Shown here piece by piece: positions 58,829 to 64,000 of a stretch of DNA of 64,000 nt (positions are counted from its first letter, which is position 1; each line of letters opens with the position of its first letter). The notes beneath the pieces were generated by a model. It searched no databases. It saw only the letters and a list, made by a program, of their open reading frames with translations, and was not told the origin of the DNA. Location: assembly GCA_018715595.1 (NCBI GenBank), contig DVLI01000020.1, positions 12,586 through 76,585 of the forward strand, in the 5' to 3' direction. Source of the stretch: Candidatus Caccoplasma merdavium (GTDB lineage Bacteria; Bacteroidota; Bacteroidia; Bacteroidales; UBA11471). Both the position numbers and the translations under genes were made by a program.

Positions 58829-58904
58829 CGGTTGTATTGCATGTATATCGGTCATACAAATATAACACATTTAGAGGTAGTTTCTTTTTCCGATTTTCAT
58901 TTTT

Positions 58905-59288
58905 CTATAAAACGGCCGCCAAGGAGGGCTCCGAAAAGGTATCCGACCGACGGTTGCAAAAGCGTTCGCACTGCATCGTCAGGTCATATCCCAGCATCAC
59001 CCCCAACATGAAATCTTCTTCGGGGGTGAGCCGGTGCAAAGGTTTGGAGATAAAATGACGCACCACATCGAGACACTGTCGCCTGCCGAAGTAGAGATTT
59101 ACCTTGTCGGTCCCTGCCGGTTGTTCCACATAATCGATACACTGACTTTTGAGACGGTCGATGAGAAGCCGGGCGCAATCGCCACTCATGGTACACAAGA
59201 CCAGATGACGTACCCCCTTCTTCAACTCATAAATCTGGTGAAAATAGAGCTTCATCGCCCCGAAGCGGTCATACTCCTCCATGCTCAT
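58905..59288 (-). CDS. DUF2023 family protein
   Basis: HQIYELKKGVRHLVLCT, NLYFG and LTPEEDFMLGVMLGYD motifs. Confidence 0.82.
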   Translation of the reverse strand: MSMEEYDRFGAMKLYFHQIYELKKGVRHLVLCTMSGDCARLLIDRLKSQCIDYVEQPAGTDKVNLYFGRRQCLDVVRHFISKPLHRLTPEEDFMLGVMLGYDLTMQCERFCNRRSDTFSEPSLAAVL

Positions 59289-59788
59289 AAAGCGCCGTCG
59301 TTTTTAAGTGCCGATACCCACCGTTCGATACGACCGTCGGTCAAAGCGCTCTCATTGCACTCATCGATGGCAAGCCCCACGAATTTTCCTTCTTTGCATA
59401 CCTTGGAATCGGTTACCGCATACCCTTCGGGCGTATAGGCTCCGACCCAACGACAACCGTTCCCGGCCAAGGCTTCATAGATGAGACCCACTCCATCGCA
59501 GAAAGTATCGGGATATGACTCGGCATCACCACAGCCAAACAATCCGATTTTCTTGCCGGTCAAATCCTGTTTTTTCAGTGCATCGAGAAAATCATACCAA
59601 TCGTCCTGCAACTCTCCGTCACCCCAAGTTGATGTACCCAACAACAAGAGGTCGTACCGGTTCACCACATCGGCTCCGGTATTGCCCACATTGTGTATAT
59701 CGGCAGCCGCAACACCAAGTACCGCGGCAATCTTTCCGGCCAACTCCTCGGTCGTTCCGGTCGTACTTCCAAAAAATATTCCTGTCAT
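59285..59788 (-). CDS. fldA: Long-chain flavodoxin
   Basis: FGSTTGTT, GTSTWGDGELQDDW, FGCGD and FVGLAID motifs. Confidence 0.93.
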   Translation of the reverse strand: MTGIFFGSTTGTTEELAGKIAAVLGVAAADIHNVGNTGADVVNRYDLLLLGTSTWGDGELQDDWYDFLDALKKQDLTGKKIGLFGCGDAESYPDTFCDGVGLIYEALAGNGCRWVGAYTPEGYAVTDSKVCKEGKFVGLAIDECNESALTDGRIERWVSALKNDGAL

Positions 59789-59894
59789 GGCTTTTGTTTT
59801 TAAGTGTATGGCAAAGGAACAGAAATACGGGGAAAAAGGAAATCCCTCAATCGCATGAAAAAAGAGTCTACTTCTACCTACTTGTATGTATAAA

Positions 59895-59955
59895 AATAAG
59901 CCCTGTTTCTCCAAACAAGGCTTATTCCGGATTTTCCGCTCGTCTCGGAAAATCC
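59895..59955 (-). terminator. Tandem hairpins/terminator after asnB
   Basis: GGATTTTCCG/CGGAAAATCC and AATAAGCC..TGTTT/AAACA..GGCTTATT stems, with a T run on the minus strand. Confidence 0.7.
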
Positions 59956-59983
59956 TCTCTCTATGCAACAGAGTAAAAAAGCT

Positions 59984-61648
59984 TCAATAACTTTTAATGT
60001 GGACGTTCTTGACGGCACGTCCCGACGGGTCGTTGAGTTTCTTGAACGACTCGTCCCACTCCAAGGCCGTGGCGGTGCTGCAAGCGACCGAACGTTCGGA
60101 CGGAACGCTGCGGGCAGCCGATGCCGAGGGGAAATGACTTTCAAATATCGAACGGTAGTAATACTCCTCCTTGTTCATGGGCGGGTTGATGGGGAAGCGT
60201 TCGACAGCATGGGCCATCTCCTCGTCGGAGACCCGTTCGGAGGTTATCTGTTTGAGCACATCAATCCAACTGTACCCCACACCGTCGGAGAACTGCTCCT
60301 TCTGACGCCAGGCCACGCTCTCGGGCAGCATATCTTCAAAGGCTTTGCGGAGCACCCATTTCTCCATCTTTCCGTTTTTTGCCATCTTCGCTTCGGGGTT
60401 GATGCGCATGGCCACGTCCATAAATTCCTTGTCGAGGAAGGGTACCCGCCCCTCGACCCCCCAGGCCGAGAGTGATTTGTTGGCCCGCAGACAATCATAC
60501 AAGTGCAACTTCGAGATTTTACGCACGCACTCCTCATGGAAAGCCTGTGCATTGGGGGCCTTGTGAAAGTAGAGATAACCGCCGAAAATCTCGTCGGCAC
60601 CTTCGCCCGAAAGTACCATCTTGATACCCATCGACTTGATGACCCGCGCCAGCAGGTACATCGGAGTCGAGGCACGCACGGTGGTTACGTCGTAGGTCTC
60701 GATGTAGTAAATCACATCGCGCAGGGCATCGAGGCCCTCCTGTATGGTGAAGTTTATCTCGTGATGCACGGTTCCGATGTAATCGGCCACCTTGCGGGCC
60801 GCTTCCAAGTCGGGGGCCCCTTTCAGTCCCACGGCAAACGAGTGCAACTGCGGCCACCACGCCTCACGGGTGTTGTCGGTCTCGACACGGCGGGCGGCAT
60901 ACCGCTTGGCCACCGCCGACACAATCGACGAGTCGAGCCCGCCCGAGAGCAGCACGCCATAGGGCACGTCGCTCATCAATTGACGTTGAACCGACTGGCA
61001 AAGGGCTTCGCGCAGCTCGGCAATGTCGGCGCCGTTGTCTTTTACATTGTCGTATTGCTCCCAGTCGCGTTTGTACCACCGTTCCATGCGACCCGAACGG
61101 CTGTCGTAGTAATGGCCGGGAAGGAAAGGCTTGTACTCGGAGCAGAACCCTTCGAGCGCCTTCAACTCCGAAGCCACATAGATGCGCCCCGCATCGTCAC
61201 TCCCCATGTAGAGAGGTATGACACCGATGGAATCGCGGGCGATGAGGAAACGGTCGTTCTCTTCGTCGTAGAGAGCGAAGGCAAAGATGCCGTTAAGGTC
61301 TTCGAGGAAATCGATACCTTTCTTCTGATACAGGGCCAAGATGACTTCACAATCGGAACCAGTCTGGAACGGATAATCCTTGCAGATGCCGTTGCGAATG
61401 GCACGGTGGTTATATATCTCACCGTTGACCGAGAGAATGAGTTTGCCATCGGGACTCTTCAAAGGCTGCCCGCCCGACGCGGGGTCGACAATCGAGAGAC
61501 GTTCGTGGGCCAATATCGCCGTTTTACCGACATAAATGCCCGACCAGTCGGGTCCGCGATGACGAATGCGACGCGACATGGTCAGAACCTGCGAGCGCAA
61601 CTGCTCAGGTTCGCTGCTTATATTGAATATTCCTACTATTCCACACAT
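59984..61648 (-). CDS. asnB: Asparagine synthase B (glutamine-hydrolysing)
   Basis: MCGI N-terminus, RHRGPD, NGEIYN, LSGGLDSS and SGEGADE motifs. Confidence 0.96.
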   Translation of the reverse strand: MCGIVGIFNISSEPEQLRSQVLTMSRRIRHRGPDWSGIYVGKTAILAHERLSIVDPASGGQPLKSPDGKLILSVNGEIYNHRAIRNGICKDYPFQTGSDCEVILALYQKKGIDFLEDLNGIFAFALYDEENDRFLIARDSIGVIPLYMGSDDAGRIYVASELKALEGFCSEYKPFLPGHYYDSRSGRMERWYKRDWEQYDNVKDNGADIAELREALCQSVQRQLMSDVPYGVLLSGGLDSSIVSAVAKRYAARRVETDNTREAWWPQLHSFAVGLKGAPDLEAARKVADYIGTVHHEINFTIQEGLDALRDVIYYIETYDVTTVRASTPMYLLARVIKSMGIKMVLSGEGADEIFGGYLYFHKAPNAQAFHEECVRKISKLHLYDCLRANKSLSAWGVEGRVPFLDKEFMDVAMRINPEAKMAKNGKMEKWVLRKAFEDMLPESVAWRQKEQFSDGVGYSWIDVLKQITSERVSDEEMAHAVERFPINPPMNKEEYYYRSIFESHFPSASAARSVPSERSVACSTATALEWDESFKKLNDPSGRAVKNVHIKSY

Positions 61649-61655
61649 GATATAC

Positions 61656-63086
61656 TTATTTTTTGTCCGACAAATAACGGTCGATGGCAGCAGCTGCCTT
61701 ACGACCCGACGCGATGGCTCTCACTACCAGGCCGGCACCGTAAGAGGCGTCGCCGGCGGCAAAGACCTTATCGACCGAGCTCTTGTTCTCGGCATCGACG
61801 GCAATATTCTTGCGAGCATCGAGTGCCACGCCGAGGTGCTCGACCAGCCCCTCGTAAACGGGGTGCACAAAGCCCATGGCCAGGAATACCAGGTCGACGT
61901 TCAATATCTCGGTATCGGCGGCCCGTTGCATGGTCATGCGGCCGTCTTCGCCCTTGGTCCAGGTAACGGGTGCCACCTCGACCTGTTTCAGAATGCCGTT
62001 CTCTCCGATGAACCGCACGGTATCGAGGCTCCATCGGCGCTCACACCCTTCCTGATGGGAAGAGGAGGTTTTGAGTACCTGCGGATAATTGGGCCAGGGT
62101 GTGGCAGGATTCTTGCCAACAGGCGGCTTGGGCATGATCTCGATTTGCATCACGCTCTCGGCACCTTGGCGTATGGCCGTTCCCACACAGTCGGAGCCCG
62201 TGTCGCCACCACCGATGACGAGGACCCGTTTTCCCTTGGCCGAGATGAGAGCCTCGGGCGCAATCTTTTCGCCGGCGATGATGCGATTCTGCTGTTTCAG
62301 CAATTCAAGGGCGAAATAGACGCCTTTCAGGTCCCGCCCCTCGACCGCCAGATTGCGGGGCTCTCCCGAACCGATGGCCACACACACGGCATCGTAGTCG
62401 GCCAGCAGGGTAGCCAACTGTTTCTTGTCTTTGCCCACCGGGGTATTGCAGATGAAGGAGATTCCCTCCTTTTCGAGCAATGCCAAACGACGGTCGATAA
62501 CGTTTTTGCTCAGTTTAAAGTCGGGTATGCCCAGTCGCAACAGGCCGCCGATGCGCTCATCTTTTTCATACACGTCGACCGTGTGGCCCTTGCGGTTGAG
62601 CTGGTTGGCACAAGCCAGGCCGGCCGGTCCCGAACCGATGACAGCCACCCGTTTGCCGGTGCGGGTACGCGGCGGACAAGCCTCGACATATCCCTCGGAA
62701 AAAGCCTTTTCGATAATGGCGGCCTCGTTGTTGCGAACGGTAACCGGCGCATCGGCCGACAACATGAGTACACACCCCTTCTCGCAAAGAGCCGGGCACA
62801 CTCTGCCCGTAAACTCGGGAAAGTCATCGGTCTCCTGCAACAGGCGGTAGGCTTCGCGCCAGTTGCCCTTGTAGACCTGGTCCTGCCACTCTGGCTGCCG
62901 GTTTCCCAGCGGACAGTTCCAGTGACAGAACGGAACGCCGCAGTCCATGCACCGGGAGGCTTGCTGATGGCACTCCTCATCGTTGAAGGTGAGCTCGACC
63001 TCGGCAAAATCATATTTTCTTTGCTGGACGGGCCTGTATCCCGCCTCTTTTCTATTTATGCTAAGAAATGCTTTCGGATTTCCCAT
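61656..63086 (-). CDS. gltD: Glutamate synthase small subunit
   Basis: RCMDCGVPFC, FTGRVCP, GSGPAG, GGGDTGSDC and AGDA motifs. Confidence 0.96.
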   Translation of the reverse strand: MGNPKAFLSINRKEAGYRPVQQRKYDFAEVELTFNDEECHQQASRCMDCGVPFCHWNCPLGNRQPEWQDQVYKGNWREAYRLLQETDDFPEFTGRVCPALCEKGCVLMLSADAPVTVRNNEAAIIEKAFSEGYVEACPPRTRTGKRVAVIGSGPAGLACANQLNRKGHTVDVYEKDERIGGLLRLGIPDFKLSKNVIDRRLALLEKEGISFICNTPVGKDKKQLATLLADYDAVCVAIGSGEPRNLAVEGRDLKGVYFALELLKQQNRIIAGEKIAPEALISAKGKRVLVIGGGDTGSDCVGTAIRQGAESVMQIEIMPKPPVGKNPATPWPNYPQVLKTSSSHQEGCERRWSLDTVRFIGENGILKQVEVAPVTWTKGEDGRMTMQRAADTEILNVDLVFLAMGFVHPVYEGLVEHLGVALDARKNIAVDAENKSSVDKVFAAGDASYGAGLVVRAIASGRKAAAAIDRYLSDKK

Positions 63087-63119
63087 GATTCTTACTTTTT
63101 TACTGGTTGCACTGAGTTG

Positions 63120-64000
63120 TTAATAGTCCCGTTCGACATTGGCGATTTTCTGTTGCAGCAATTTCATCTTCTCTTCGTTCATCACCTTCTTGTATTCGAT
63201 GGGCATAACCTTGATGAATTGCGACACATACTCTTCCCAGTTTTCGAGCATGCGCAAAGCGAGCGGACTCTGGGTATATTCATAATGGCGGGCAATGAGC
63301 CGATGCAACTCCTTGTTGTCGGAAGTTTCTTCTATGAGCGAAAGTTCTACCATCTCCATATTGCAGAAGAAGTCGAAGTTCTCGTCCTTGTTCCATACAT
63401 AAGCAATACCACCACTCATACCGGCGGCGAAGTTGCGACCCACGCTTCCCAGGACGACAGTGCGTCCGCCGGTCATATACTCGCAGCAGTGGTCGCCGGC
63501 GCCCTCGACAACAGCTATCGCACCGCTGTTGCGCACGCAGAAGCGCTCACCTACCCGGCCGTTGATATAGACCTCACCCGCCGTAGCTCCGTAGAGCAGG
63601 GTGTTGCCGGCAATGATATTTGCCTCGGGCTGGAATGTAGAGCCCTTGGGGGGAACGACAATAATCTTTCCTCCTGAGAGGCCCTTGCCCAGATAGTCGT
63701 TGGCTTCGCCCGAAAGGCTGAACGTGACCCCGTGTGCCAGGAAAGCGCCGAAGCTCTGACCGGCCGACCCGGAGAAGTTGCAACGAATCGTGTCGTCGGG
63801 CAAACCTGCATTACCAAAACGCGAAGCGATCTCTCCCGACAGCATGGCGCCGGTCGAACGGTCGGTATTGCAGATAGGCAAATGCAACTCAATGGGCATC
63901 AGCGATTTGAGAGTAGGCAGCGCAGCTTTTATCAGGCGTTGGTCGATGACATCGTCGATATGATGCGACTGCTCCTTCACTTTGCGACAAGCATATTTTT
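63120..64000 (-). CDS. gltB: Glutamate synthase large subunit (C-terminal part; 5' end outside the window)
   Basis: GSAGQSFGAF, GEANDYLGKG, GERFCVRNSG and NFAAGMSGG motifs; frame stays open to the window edge. Confidence 0.96.
   Translation of the reverse strand, partial: KYACRKVKEQSHHIDDVIDQRLIKAALPTLKSLMPIELHLPICNTDRSTGAMLSGEIASRFGNAGLPDDTIRCNFSGSAGQSFGAFLAHGVTFSLSGEANDYLGKGLSGGKIIVVPPKGSTFQPEANIIAGNTLLYGATAGEVYINGRVGERFCVRNSGAIAVVEGAGDHCCEYMTGGRTVVLGSVGRNFAAGMSGGIAYVWNKDENFDFFCNMEMVELSLIEETSDNKELHRLIARHYEYTQSPLALRMLENWEEYVSQFIKVMPIEYKKVMNEEKMKLLQQKIANVERDY

Overview
A 64-kb stretch of core Bacteroidales chromosome. The lineage is inferred from TTTG-N~20-TAnnTTTG promoters, A-rich translation starts and gene content. 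It holds about 65 protein genes, from a 5'-truncated Dcp peptidase to a 5'-truncated gltB, plus one tRNA-Ser(CGA) and a cobalamin riboswitch ahead of nrdD-nrdG-purN. I see no integrase, transposase, prophage or CRISPR array. The main blocks are: PerR/Fur with a reverse rubrerythrin; a long co-directional run (dCMP deaminase, S41 protease, Vor-type oxidoreductase, mtnN, luxS, GtrA, ArnT-like GT-C, topB, Nudix); cbpA/cbpM; an orphan PL11 lyase; nusB-yajC-ybbR-coaE; dnaN-exonuclease-coaBC-DUF4835-recN-rlmB; prfC-guaA; an amidase-iorAB-aminotransferase-paaK-ACT operon; flavodoxin-DUF2023-hemerythrin-LuxR; and gltB-gltD-asnB. The best leads are: (1) an aryl-acid/aromatic amino acid operon that includes a YafV-like amidase; (2) a MurC/Mpl-like protein that has lost its catalytic motifs; (3) a hemerythrin translationally coupled to a LuxR regulator with a non-phosphorylatable receiver domain; (4) two intergenic candidate sRNA loci; (5) a glycoside hydrolase gene collapsed by an internal in-frame deletion; and (6) purN placed under B12-riboswitch control. 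All family assignments come from motif recognition by eye; no searches were run.
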